From Chloroflexota bacterium (GTDB lineage: Bacteria > Chloroflexota > Dormibacteria > Aeolococcales > Aeolococcaceae), in the NCBI GenBank assembly GCA_034666465.1, contig JAXDLT010000047.1, forward strand, positions 1 through 52,177: a stretch of 52,177 nt of DNA, written 5' to 3'. Below, piece by piece: positions 17,330-26,397 of this stretch (the stretch's first letter is position 1; the number at the start of each line of letters is the position of its first letter). Made by a program: the position numbers and the translations under genes. The notes under the pieces were generated by a model that was given only the letters and a program-made list of their open reading frames with translations, had not been told where the DNA came from and searched no databases.

Positions 17330-17893
17330 TCAGGCCCCGGGAGACAGGGTGCAGGCGAGAACGCAGCGCACGTGGCCTTCGAGCATGCAGATGGGCTGTT
17401 CGATGCTCACCCGCTCGCCGAAATGGTCCGCCGCTCCCTCGATGAAACCCTCGGCCAACGCGCACAGACGCCGAGCCGACCGGTAACCGATGACGAGCCG
17501 ATCGGCGCCCTCGAGGCCTGCGACCGCATCGAAGTCGAACACCGGAGGGGTGGCACCCGGGTAGAGCTTGCGTACCTCAGGGTGGATGATCTCGTTGAGG
17601 GTGAGCAGGAACGAGCGAGCCGAGGAGTGCCCCGTGAAGAACATCGGGTAGCGCTGCGCGAGTAGAGGGATGGAGCGCCGGCCGAACCACCGCAACAGAC
17701 TCGCCTGGCCCTCGGTGGCACCGAGCTCGCTGGGCATGCACGTGAGCAGGGTCGAGAACTCCTCATCGCTGTAGTTGCCAAGCGACGTGTAGGCTCCATC
17801 GACCCCCGAGCGCTCGAGCACCTCTTCCCAGGCCGCCTCTCCGAACTCCTGCGTCACCGTCTCCTCGAAGAGGTTGAAGATGATGCCCTTCAT
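17330..17893 (-). CDS. Stand-alone H-NOX (heme nitric oxide/oxygen binding, HNOB) domain protein
   Basis: ORF 17330..18112. I prefer ATG 17893 (MKGIIFNLFEETV), which has GGAGGG 8 nt upstream. A candidate proximal His lies in IIHPEVRKLYPGATPPVF, and the Y-x-S-x-R motif (YRSAR) lies 33 residues later. The stop is 4 nt before the GGDEF-EAL ATG. Confidence 0.8.
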   Translation of the reverse strand: MKGIIFNLFEETVTQEFGEAAWEEVLERSGVDGAYTSLGNYSDEEFSTLLTCMPSELGATEGQASLLRWFGRRSIPLLAQRYPMFFTGHSSARSFLLTLNEIIHPEVRKLYPGATPPVFDFDAVAGLEGADRLVIGYRSARRLCALAEGFIEGAADHFGERVSIEQPICMLEGHVRCVLACTLSPGA

Positions 17894-18507
17894 TGACGTC
17901 GCCCTCCATACGACTGTCGTCTCTCGAACCGTCCCTCTGTCCTCCCGGGTGAGGCTCGACCCGGGACCAGGTCCGAGCGACCTGCTTGTCGCTGACGCCG
18001 GTACTGTACGCCACGCGCGCGCGGAGGTGGAGACGCCAAACCGGAGCCGGGACCAGTGGAGGGGATGGCGGCACCCGATTCTTGACGGGACGCCGGAGGA
18101 CAGCAGGCGCACTGAGGTGAGCGTCGGTAGTGAGCGCCATGGAGGTGAGTGTGGACCGCCGCGAGGGCGCTGAGGAGCGCGTGATCCGTTTGTGACGCTC
18201 TCGGCACGATGCCACCGGCCGGCGTGCCCGGCCTCTGCTCGCTGCCGTTGTGACGGGACTCACCGCAGTAACGTCACAGGAACAGGTGCCGTGCGCTACG
18301 CCGCGACCTTGCGCCAGGTGCCCGCGGAGTACGCCCAAGTGTCGGTGTATTTCACCGGCGAGCCCGCCGCATCGTTCGCTGCGCCTCCCCACAGCAGCGC
18401 CCCGAACGCAGCTCGTCAGGGCTCCGCTGGCACGACCTCCACGCGCACCACCTCGGTGGCCGCAACGGCGCGGCGCACGCCGGCCGCCTCGCGCGGTCAG
18501 GTGCCGA

Positions 18508-19380
18508 TCATCCGCCCGCGCCACCATGGCCGCTGACGTCGAGGAGGGTGATCGCCAGGACGCCGGGAATGGTTGTCGGAGTGCCGCCCTCATCGTCTCC
18601 CGCCTGGCTCGAGGTGAGGAGCCTGCTCCCGTTGACCGACAGGATGTAGGACGAGCGGGGATGGTCGCTCGACGCCTCCGAGTGGAGCACGATGAGGGCC
18701 AGTGTCCCGTTGAGGGCGGTGACATGGACGCCGTTGTCGACGGCGTCGCCGCGCGACATGGCACCGGTGTAGGTCGCGTCGCTCGCCGACTCCAGGAGGC
18801 CCACGGTCAGCAACGAGGCCCCTGGCGTGTCGCCGAGGAGCGCGAGGTCGACCAGTGCGGCGCGGGAGTGCGAGAAGGACGTGGACCGCTCGGCATCGAC
18901 GCCGCAGGTCGACCTCCAGTCGGCGATGGCGAGGCTGAGGAACGGGTTGACGGGCAGCGCCAGCAGCGCCCCCCTCTGCGAAGCATCGGAGACGCTCTCT
19001 CCTCCAGCGATCTCGTGGCCGACGAGGCGGATCGCACTGGCACTGCCATCGGGTCTCTGCGTGCCCGCGCGGGCGGTGGTGCAGCTGACGCAGGTCTGGA
19101 AGTACTCGACGTCGACGACGCTGCCCGCCGCGCCGCTCGTCGCAGCCGGTCGGGTGTCGCGGGTCCGGAGAGCGGGCGGGGTGGACGGGTCGCCGGTCGC
19201 CCCGGGAATCGCGGGGATCCCAGTGGCGGAAGTGGCGTGGCGTGCCTGCTGGACAGTCGGCCCGGCCGGTGGGCGGCCGGTCGGAGGTGTGACGCCGGCG
19301 AGGGCGATCGATCCTTCGCTGAGGATGAGCACGGCCGCCCCTGAGAACGCGAGACCGGCTCGCATGAAGTGCTCGATCAC
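18508..19380 (-). CDS. Hypothetical secreted protein (signal peptide, Pro/Thr-rich linker, about 200-aa domain of unknown function)
   Basis: 290 aa. The N-terminus MIEHFMRAGLAFSGAAVLILSEGSIALAGV is signal-peptide-like. It is the only frame here with balanced composition and high GC3. Confidence 0.6.
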   Translation of the reverse strand: MIEHFMRAGLAFSGAAVLILSEGSIALAGVTPPTGRPPAGPTVQQARHATSATGIPAIPGATGDPSTPPALRTRDTRPAATSGAAGSVVDVEYFQTCVSCTTARAGTQRPDGSASAIRLVGHEIAGGESVSDASQRGALLALPVNPFLSLAIADWRSTCGVDAERSTSFSHSRAALVDLALLGDTPGASLLTVGLLESASDATYTGAMSRGDAVDNGVHVTALNGTLALIVLHSEASSDHPRSSYILSVNGSRLLTSSQAGDDEGGTPTTIPGVLAITLLDVSGHGGAGG

Positions 19381-19450
19381 AGCGTGGACCCTCGTGGCTC
19401 GGGGGCGGCTGTCTCGAATACCGGCTGCCTCGGCCAGCGTGAAAGATCAC

Positions 19451-19479
19451 AGTATAGTAATAAACGTCAGGCTTGCCAA
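19451..19479 (-). promoter_or_regulatory. Strong sigma-70/SigA-type promoter TTGGCA - 17 nt - TATACT facing the secreted-protein gene
   Basis: On the minus strand the -35 is at 19474-19479 and the -10 is at 19451-19456, within an AT-rich island about 70 nt upstream of the 19380 start. Confidence 0.5.
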
Positions 19480-19531
19480 GGGCGCCACCGGCCCTTCCGG
19501 AACCGGCGATCGCCTTCCTCGAGGGCGTCGG

Positions 19532-20707
19532 TCAGCCAGGGTCACCGATGCCGCGGTCTCGAGCATGCAGCGCGGCCTGTGTACGGCTCTGTACGCCCAG
19601 CTTGTCGAAGATGCGCTTGACATGCGTCTTCACGGTGTTCTCGTGGATGCCGAGCCGGCGACCGATCTCCTTGTTGGCGCACCCCGCGACGATCAGCTCC
19701 AGGACGTCGTGCTCTCGGTTGGTCAGCGGTTCGGGCTCGACCGTCCGAGCCGGGGCGTTGGGCTGCAGCCGTGCATGGCGGGTGGCCCCGGAGACGCCGC
19801 CGGCAGGGAGATGGAACTCGAGAACGGCACCGGCGAGTCGGTCTGCGTCGTAGACAGGTGTGGAGACCGCATGGACCGCGGCACCCGCCGGCAGTGGCAC
19901 CTCGACGACAAACGCCTCGCCGCGGCCGACTGCGCTCTGGACCATCTGCCACAGGAGCGCCTGCGGCGAGCGCTCCAACAGGCGGGCGGCGGGAGCGTTG
20001 GTGATCATCGCCCGGTCGCCGAGCGCCACGACGGGCCGGTCCTCATCAGCCCGCATGGCTCGCAGGAAGCGCTGGAGGAGCAGACGCTCGTGCGCCGAGG
20101 CCTCCTCGTACAGCGCCCGCTCGATCTCCCGTGCCGCCTGCGTCACCAGAGGCAGGACGAGTGGATTCGCATGGCTGTGGAGACAGGTGACGTCGAGCAG
20201 ACCCTCGAGACGCTGCGAGATCGGATGGAACACCGGCGCCGCGTAGCAGGCCATCGGTTGCAGTGCCTCGGCGAAGTGCTCGCTGCCCAGCACGCTCAGG
20301 GCACGTCCCGCGGTCAGCGCGGTACCGATCGCATTGGTGCCGGTGGCGTGCTCGGCGTAGGCGAAGCCCGGGGCGAGCAGAATCCTGTCGAGGTGCGTCC
20401 GCACCGGTGCGTCCTCGGCACGACGGTGGATCACCTGGCCGTCCGCGTCGGTGAGGATGACACCCATGCCCATGCCCGAGAGTTGCGACGCGAGGCGATC
20501 CAGCACCGGGCCGGCGGCCCTCGCGAACCGGTTCTCCCGATCGACGTCGGGCGAGTACGGGACGTTGAACGTATCCGGAGTCAGACCGGCGACCTGCGAG
20601 CGATGCCACGAGGCGATGATCTCCTGGCGCACGATGCGCCGAGGTGCGCCACCCGTCAGGATGCGGTCCCTGTCCTCGGACACCGGATCCCGGGACTTCA
20701 CCAACAC
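19532..20707 (-). CDS. GAF-domain (AcoR-N-like) LuxR-family transcriptional regulator
   Basis: ORF 19532..20842. The N-terminal region reads RQEIIASWHRS..GMGVILTDADGQVI..GTNAIGTAL. The C-terminal LuxR HTH reads LTNREHDVLELIVAGCANKEIGRRLGIHENTVKTHVKRIFDKLGV. GC3 drops upstream of about 20707, so I prefer the GTG/TTG/GTG cluster at 20701-20707 as the start. The start remains uncertain. Confidence 0.8.
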   Translation of the reverse strand: MLVKSRDPVSEDRDRILTGGAPRRIVRQEIIASWHRSQVAGLTPDTFNVPYSPDVDRENRFARAAGPVLDRLASQLSGMGMGVILTDADGQVIHRRAEDAPVRTHLDRILLAPGFAYAEHATGTNAIGTALTAGRALSVLGSEHFAEALQPMACYAAPVFHPISQRLEGLLDVTCLHSHANPLVLPLVTQAAREIERALYEEASAHERLLLQRFLRAMRADEDRPVVALGDRAMITNAPAARLLERSPQALLWQMVQSAVGRGEAFVVEVPLPAGAAVHAVSTPVYDADRLAGAVLEFHLPAGGVSGATRHARLQPNAPARTVEPEPLTNREHDVLELIVAGCANKEIGRRLGIHENTVKTHVKRIFDKLGVQSRTQAALHARDRGIGDPG

Positions 20708-21020
20708 CCGCCCGGTTCCGGCGACGATCGGCCTGCCGGCCGTAGACGGTGCGATTCGCGGGCCGGACGCTGTCGGCCACTCGCAGGAAAGCTCACCACG
20801 GCGGTCCGTTCGGAGGGTCCAGAGGAGCACCAATCGTACCATGCCATGTCACAGCGGCCGATCCCGCGTGCGAGGAGCCGACCCTCAGACGAAGGGGTGA
20901 GACCCCGCTCATACCAACGGGTGACGCCGGCACCCCGCCTCCTCAGGCATCGTTCCCTGCGGTGCGAGTCGCGCGTATCGCGGCCGAGGAGGTGATGCCA
21001 CCGATGGGGAGGCGTGGATC

Positions 21021-23999
21021 ATGGTCGCCTACGACCGAGAGCCGCTGGACCCGAGCGCGGTGTCCTGGTCACCTCCGCACGCAGCGGGTGCGGTGGCGAC
21101 CGGGTCGGCGTCTCTCTCGATCCATCGCGGCACGGCGAGGGTGGTGACACCGACCACGACCGTGGCCGACGCCATCATCTCGACCGCGAGGACCACATCG
21201 ACGACCAGGCTGCAGGGCCGGAGCCGAGAGTGCCGGACCGTCGACCAGCTGGTCGCCGCCGCCCGTTCGGGGAGGAGCGGTGCCCTGCTCGTGCACGGCG
21301 CGCCGGGGATCGGCAAGTCCGCGCTCCTCGACCACGCGACGGAGGCCGCATCGGACTTCCGAGTCGCCCGCGCCGCCGGCGTCCAGTCGGAGATGGAGCT
21401 CGCCTTCGCCGGGCTGCACCAGTTCTGCGGGCAGATGCTCGGCCGCCTCCACCGGCTCCCCGGCCCCCAACGTGATGCGCTCAGCGCCGCCTTCGGTCTC
21501 ACCCCCGGCGTCGCGCCGGATCGCTTCCTCGTCGGCCTGGCCGTGCTCAGCCTGCTCGACGAGGTGGCCCAGGACCGGCCGCTGCTCGGGGTCGTCGAGG
21601 ACGCCCACTGGCTGGACCAGGCCTCCGCCCAGGTGCTCGCGTTCGTGGCCCGCCGCCTCCATGCCGTGCCGGTCGCCCTGATCTTCGCCGTACGCGACCC
21701 CGGTCCGGCGGCGGAGTTCGCGGGGATCCCCGAGCTGGAGCTCACCGGTCTGCCCGACGCCGACGCCCGCAGGCTGATCGCCTCGGTGATACCCGGACGG
21801 TTCGACGAACGGGTGCGCGACCGGATCGTCGCCGAGGCCCGGGGCAACCCGCTCGCCCTGCTCGAGCTGCATCACGGGCTGTCGGCCGCCGAGCTCGCCG
21901 GCGGCTTCGGGCTGACCGCCAGGCAGCCGCTGACCGGGCGGATCGAGGAGAGCTTCGTGCGCCGGATCGAGGCGCTCCCGGCGGAGACCCGACGGCTGCT
22001 CCTGATCGCGGCGGTCGAGCCCTGTGGCGAGCCGGCGCTGCTCCGGCGTGCGGCGGAACGGATGGGGATCGGCTGCGACGCCGCCGCCCCCGCCGAGGCC
22101 GACGGGCTGCTCCGCATCGGCGCACAGGTGAGCTTCCGTCACCCGCTGGTGCGCTCGGCGGTCCACCACGCGGCGTCTCCCGACGAGTGCCGGAGAGCCC
22201 ATCGCGCGCTCGCCGAGGCCATCGACCCCGACGTCAGTCCCGATCGCCGCGCCTGGCACCATGCCGAGGCGGCGCTCGGACCCGACGAGGAGGTCGCCGG
22301 CGACCTCGAGCGCTCGGCCGGAGAGGCCCGGACTCGGGGTGGCATGGCGGCGGCGGCAGCCTTCCTGGAGCGAGCCGCCGCGCTGACCCCCGATGCCACC
22401 CGCCGCGTGGAGCGCATCCTCGCCGCCGCCCGCGCCAAGCTGCGGGCCGGGGCGCCCGACGCGGCCCTGGGCCTGCTCGCCGTGGCCGAGGGGGGGCCGC
22501 TCGACGCCCTGCAGGGCGCCCGGCTGGAGCGGCTGCGCGCCGAGATCACCTTCGCCACCAGCCGCGGCAACGACGCCCCTCCCCTGCTCATCCGGGCGGC
22601 CAGGCGGCTCGAGCTCCTCGATCCACGGCTGGCACGGGAGACGTACCTCCAGGCGTTCGAGGCGGCGATGTTCGCCGGGAGGCTCGGCCGCGGCCGCGGG
22701 GTGCTGGACGTGGCCGACGCGGCCCGGGCAGCGCCCCCCGCCCCCGGCCCGCCACGCGCCGTCGACCTCCTCCTCGACGGCCTGGCGACGCTGCTCACCG
22801 AGGGATGGGCCGCCGGCGTGCCCCTGCTGCGGCGGGCCCTGGGCGCCGTCGAGGAGGAGGACGAGCGTCGATGGCTCCGCCTCGCCCGTGGCACCGCCGC
22901 CGACCTGTGGGAGGACGGCGCCACCCACGCGCTCGCCGCCCGCGAGGTCGAGCTCGCCCGCGAGGCGGGTGCTCTCACCCTGCTGCCGACCGCCCTCGAC
23001 CACCTCGCCGTCATCCACGTGCACGCCGGTGAGTTCGCCACGGCGGCGTCCCTGATCGAGGAGGCGGCCTCCATCACCGAGGCGACGGGCGGGGCCCCGA
23101 TCAGCGGCGGCGCCCTCGAGCTCGCCGCCTGGCGGGGACGAGCGGAGACGGCGGCGCTCGTCGACGCGTGCGTCGAGGACGCCGAAGCGCGTGGCGAGGG
23201 GATGCTCGTCACCCTCACGGAGTACGCCACCGCGGTGTTCGAGAACGGCCGCGGCAACTACGGCGCCGCCCTCGCCGCCGCGCGCCAGGCGTGCGAGCAC
23301 GGGGGGCTCGTCGGCGTCCGGGTGCTCCCCGAGCACGTCGAGGCGGCGGTGCGGGCGGGCCACCCGGAGGAGGCCGCCGCAGCCCTCGAGCGGCTCACCG
23401 AGCAGACCCAGGCGAGCCGGACGCAGTCCGCGCTCGGCCTCGAGGCCCGCTGTCGGGCGCTGCTCAGCGAGGGCGACCCCGCCGACGAGCTGTACCGCGA
23501 GGCCGTCGACCGGCTCGGCCGCTGCCGTGGTGCGGCGCAGCTCGCCCGCGCCCACCTCCTCTACGGGGAATGGCTGCGACGCGAGCGCCGGCGGCTGGAG
23601 GCGCGCGAGCAGCTGCGCACCGCCCGCGACACGTTCCTGTCGATGGGCGCCGAGGCCTTCGCCGCCCGCGCCGAGCGTGAGCTGCTCGCCACCGGCGAGC
23701 ACGCCCGCAGGCGCACGGTGGAGACGACCTTCGAGCTCACCCCACAGGAGCTGCAGATCGCGGGCCTGGCCCAGGCCGGCCTCTCCAACCAGGTGATCGC
23801 CGCCCGGCTCTTCATCAGCCCGCGCACCGTCGAGTACCACCTGCACAAGGTCTTCACCAAGCTCGGCATCGCCTCACGCACCCGGCTCCACCAGGCGCTG
23901 CTGCCGGAGCTGACCGGAGCTCCCGTGCGCAGCGAGCCGGGCCACGCCGCGGTGCCAGGTGCTGCCGCAGGCGAGCCGTTGGTGTGCGCGGGCGGCTGA
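21021..23999 (+). CDS. Large ATP-binding LuxR-family regulator (LAL / MalT-like: AAA+ P-loop, TPR-like middle, C-terminal LuxR HTH), paralog 1
   Basis: 992 aa maximum with HGAPGIGKSALLDHA (Walker A), VVEDAHWLD (Walker B) and LTPQELQIAGLAQAGLSNQVIAARLFISPRTVEYHLHKVFTKLGI. The start is uncertain; in-frame GTG 21162 would match the paralog's N-terminus better. Confidence 0.85.
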   Translation: MVAYDREPLDPSAVSWSPPHAAGAVATGSASLSIHRGTARVVTPTTTVADAIISTARTTSTTRLQGRSRECRTVDQLVAAARSGRSGALLVHGAPGIGKSALLDHATEAASDFRVARAAGVQSEMELAFAGLHQFCGQMLGRLHRLPGPQRDALSAAFGLTPGVAPDRFLVGLAVLSLLDEVAQDRPLLGVVEDAHWLDQASAQVLAFVARRLHAVPVALIFAVRDPGPAAEFAGIPELELTGLPDADARRLIASVIPGRFDERVRDRIVAEARGNPLALLELHHGLSAAELAGGFGLTARQPLTGRIEESFVRRIEALPAETRRLLLIAAVEPCGEPALLRRAAERMGIGCDAAAPAEADGLLRIGAQVSFRHPLVRSAVHHAASPDECRRAHRALAEAIDPDVSPDRRAWHHAEAALGPDEEVAGDLERSAGEARTRGGMAAAAAFLERAAALTPDATRRVERILAAARAKLRAGAPDAALGLLAVAEGGPLDALQGARLERLRAEITFATSRGNDAPPLLIRAARRLELLDPRLARETYLQAFEAAMFAGRLGRGRGVLDVADAARAAPPAPGPPRAVDLLLDGLATLLTEGWAAGVPLLRRALGAVEEEDERRWLRLARGTAADLWEDGATHALAAREVELAREAGALTLLPTALDHLAVIHVHAGEFATAASLIEEAASITEATGGAPISGGALELAAWRGRAETAALVDACVEDAEARGEGMLVTLTEYATAVFENGRGNYGAALAAARQACEHGGLVGVRVLPEHVEAAVRAGHPEEAAAALERLTEQTQASRTQSALGLEARCRALLSEGDPADELYREAVDRLGRCRGAAQLARAHLLYGEWLRRERRRLEAREQLRTARDTFLSMGAEAFAARAERELLATGEHARRRTVETTFELTPQELQIAGLAQAGLSNQVIAARLFISPRTVEYHLHKVFTKLGIASRTRLHQALLPELTGAPVRSEPGHAAVPGAAAGEPLVCAGG

Positions 24000-24031
24000 C
24001 GTCGGCGACGGGCAGGCTGAGGCGGTCGGAC

Positions 24032-24349
24032 CTACCGCGCGAGCTCCGACATCGTCGACCACCCCTCGGCCACCTCGACATTGATGATCGTCGGCGCCTC
24101 GGCGAGCACGCTGGGGAACCAGGCGATGAACTCCTTGAAGTGGTCGGTCTGAACGTGCTTGTCGCTTGCCTCACGGGAGGCGAAGCCCTCGACCGCCGCG
24201 AACTGGTTGGAGCTCTCGATGCTCTCGTAGCACCTGAACTCCGGGCCGCCGGGCTCCTGCCGGACCGCCTCCGAGTAGCGCTTGACCCCGCTCAGCCAGT
24301 CATCGCGCCGATCTGGACGGATGGATATCTTCAGGACGATGAGGATCAT
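24032..24349 (-). CDS. Antibiotic-biosynthesis-monooxygenase (ABM) / Dabb-fold small protein
   Basis: This is the C-terminal 105 aa of ORF 24032..24802: MILIVLKISIRPDRRDDWLSGVKRYSEAVRQEPGGPEFRCYESIESSNQFAAVEGFASREASDKHVQTDHFKEF. GGGAGGAG lies 7 nt before ATG 24349. Confidence 0.8.
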   Translation of the reverse strand: MILIVLKISIRPDRRDDWLSGVKRYSEAVRQEPGGPEFRCYESIESSNQFAAVEGFASREASDKHVQTDHFKEFIAWFPSVLAEAPTIINVEVAEGWSTMSELAR

Positions 24350-24444
24350 GCGCTGCTCCTCCCGCTCGGGGTGGCTCCTTGCGCGTCGCAGTCCAGCAGG
24401 ACAGGCGCACGCGAGATGATGCACGGCGACGGGATGGGAGCGTC

Positions 24445-25905
24445 TCAGGTGCGCAGCTGCAGGGACTTGGTCTCCAGGAACTCCTCCAGGCCCCACCGCC
24501 CCAGCTCGCGTCCCAGCCCCGACTGCTTGTAGCCGCCAAACGGCGCGAGAGGGTTGAATCCGCCACCGTTGACCTCGACCTGGCCGGTGCGCATGCGCCG
24601 GGCGAAGGCGCGGGCGCGCTCCTCGTCGGCCGACCACACCGCGCCGGCGAGGCCGTAGACGGTGCCGTTGGCGATGCGCAGCGCCTCCTCCTCGTCGTCG
24701 TAGGGCATGATCGCCAGCACCGGCCCGAAGATCTCCTCCTGGGCGATCGTCATCTCCGGGGTGACGTCGGCGAAGATCGTGGGCCGCACGTAGTAGCCGC
24801 ACGGCAGCCCCTCGGGCGCCGCGGCGCCGCCGGTCACCATGCGTGCCCCCTCGGCGAGACCGCGCTCGATGTAGCCGCGCACCCGCTCGCGCTGCGAGGC
24901 GGAGGCCAGCGGCCCCAGCCGTGCGTCCTCGCTGAGCGGGTCGCCGAGAGGCAGGCGCTCGGCCGCCGTCACCGCCAGGGCCACGACCTCATCCTGGCGC
25001 GCGCGCGGCACCACCAGGCGGGTGAGTGCGGTGCAGGTCTGCCCGCTGTTGAGGAAGGCGTTGCTCACACCGCTGCCCACCGCGCGTGCCAGGTCGGCGT
25101 CGTCGAGGAGGACGTTCGCGGACTTGCCGCCGAGCTCCAGGGCGACCCGCTTCACCGACTGCGCGGCCAGCTCGGCGACGCGCCGGCCCGCACGGGTCGA
25201 CCCGGTGAAGGAGACCATGTCGACCCGGGGGTGGGAGGCGAGCGCCTCGCCGACCACCGGCCCGGTGCCGCTCACCAGGTTGTAGACGCCGGGCGGGAGG
25301 CCGATCTCGTCGAGCACCTCGGCGAGCACGAACGCGCTGAGCGGCGCCACCTCGCTGGGCTTGTGGACCATCGTGCAGCCCGCGGCGAGCGCGGGCGCGA
25401 GCTTGGCGACGGTCTGGTGGAGCGGGTAGTTCCACGGCGTGATGGCGGCCACCACGCCCACCGGCTCGCGCACCACCAGGGAGTTGCCGACGCGCTCCTC
25501 GAAGGCGAAGTCCTCGAGGAGCTGCGCGAACAGGCCGGCGACCATGGCGGGCAGCCCCGCCTGGATCATGGTCGACATGCGCAGCGGCATGCCCACCTCC
25601 GTGGCGATGAGCCGGGCCAGCTCGTCGCCGCGAGCCGCCAGCCCCGCCTGGAGGCGGCGCAGCAGGGCGGCGCGCTCCGCCGGCGTGGTCGCCGACCACG
25701 CCGGGAAGGCGCGGGCGGCGGCGGCCACGGCCCGCTCGGCGTCGGCCGCGGTGCCCTCCGGGACGCTGCCGATCACCTCCTCCGTGGCGGCCCCCACCAC
25801 CTCGAGGCGTCCCGCCCCACTCGACTGCACCCAGGCGCCATCGACGAAGAGGGCGTCACGGTGGAGGGCGCCGGCGACGCCGCCACGGGTGTCGGTCTCC
25901 GTCAT
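24445..25905 (-). CDS. NAD(P)+-dependent aldehyde dehydrogenase
   Basis: ORF 24445..26274. The start is ATG 25905 (MTETDT), with AGGAGG 9 nt upstream. Motifs present: [20 protein letters not shown], and [10 protein letters not shown] (catalytic Cys). Confidence 0.9.
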   Translation of the reverse strand: MTETDTRGGVAGALHRDALFVDGAWVQSSGAGRLEVVGAATEEVIGSVPEGTAADAERAVAAAARAFPAWSATTPAERAALLRRLQAGLAARGDELARLIATEVGMPLRMSTMIQAGLPAMVAGLFAQLLEDFAFEERVGNSLVVREPVGVVAAITPWNYPLHQTVAKLAPALAAGCTMVHKPSEVAPLSAFVLAEVLDEIGLPPGVYNLVSGTGPVVGEALASHPRVDMVSFTGSTRAGRRVAELAAQSVKRVALELGGKSANVLLDDADLARAVGSGVSNAFLNSGQTCTALTRLVVPRARQDEVVALAVTAAERLPLGDPLSEDARLGPLASASQRERVRGYIERGLAEGARMVTGGAAAPEGLPCGYYVRPTIFADVTPEMTIAQEEIFGPVLAIMPYDDEEEALRIANGTVYGLAGAVWSADEERARAFARRMRTGQVEVNGGGFNPLAPFGGYKQSGLGRELGRWGLEEFLETKSLQLRT

Positions 25906-25981
25906 CGTCGCGACCTCCTGCCAGGTGGAACGGAGCCGATTCTGACGGAGGCGGCTCGCAGGCTGCCGGCCGGTGGAGCGA

Positions 25982-26323
25982 TCAGCCCGTCCCGCCGCCG
26001 AGCGGCGCGATGGCCAGGTCGAGGGCGGGCTCCTCCACGGCCCTCGCCCGATGCGCCTGCGCCCTGACCCTGCAGCGCGACGAGCAGTACTGCGGCCTGC
26101 GACCACGGCCGGCCCACGAGAGCGCCGTCCCGCACTCGACGCACGAGAGGGTTCGGGATGCGGCACCGTCCGGTCTGGGCGCCCCCACGACGTCGACCGC
26201 CGGCTCGGGAGGATCGACGCCCATGCCGGCCGGGTCCATCGGGGTGGTGGATCGGCGGACATCGGGCGGTCCACACCTGCAGGGCGGCCAGACAGGGCAG
26301 TCGCAGAGGGGCTTGATCAGCAT
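25982..26323 (-). CDS. Small zinc-ribbon-like protein (CxxC ... YCSxxCRxRAxxxR), function unknown
   Basis: This is the C-terminal end of the otherwise spurious ORF 25982..28327: ..[37 protein letters not shown]... The start is uncertain; ATG 26323 or ATG 26239 are candidates. Confidence 0.4.
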   Translation of the reverse strand: MLIKPLCDCPVWPPCRCGPPDVRRSTTPMDPAGMGVDPPEPAVDVVGAPRPDGAASRTLSCVECGTALSWAGRGRRPQYCSSRCRVRAQAHRARAVEEPALDLAIAPLGGGTG

Positions 26324-26397
26324 GCGAACAAATGTACGCCCTCCCCTGCCGCCCGTCAACTCCGCCGAGGTGCGACGCCTCGGGTCCGCCCCCGCCG

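Noticed and set aside
17894-18200. I looked for a c-di-GMP (GEMM-type) riboswitch or other known leader in the long H-NOX upstream region. A + strand stretch reads ..gacgccaaaccggagcc...
   Set aside because: The resemblance to the GEMM core (..ACGCAAAGC..) is superficial. It is on the wrong strand for the H-NOX operon, and I cannot reconstruct the two-hairpin architecture. A covariance-model scan would be needed to settle it.
18291-18536. Possible 81-aa + strand ORF (VRYAATLRQVPAEYAQVSVYFTGEPAASF...) in the gap upstream of H-NOX.
   Set aside because: GC3 is high, but there is no convincing SD. The second half is low-complexity (Ser/Thr/Ala/Arg). It would overlap the 3' end of the better-supported secreted-protein gene by 29 nt, and I recognise no family. 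I left it as an open question inside the gap finding rather than calling it.
19478-19496. Hairpin AAGGGC-n7-GCCCTT, 36 nt downstream of the GAF-LuxR stop, as a terminator.
   Set aside because: It has only a 6-bp stem and no U-tract, and it overlaps the -35 of the adjacent promoter. That is too weak to call as a terminator.
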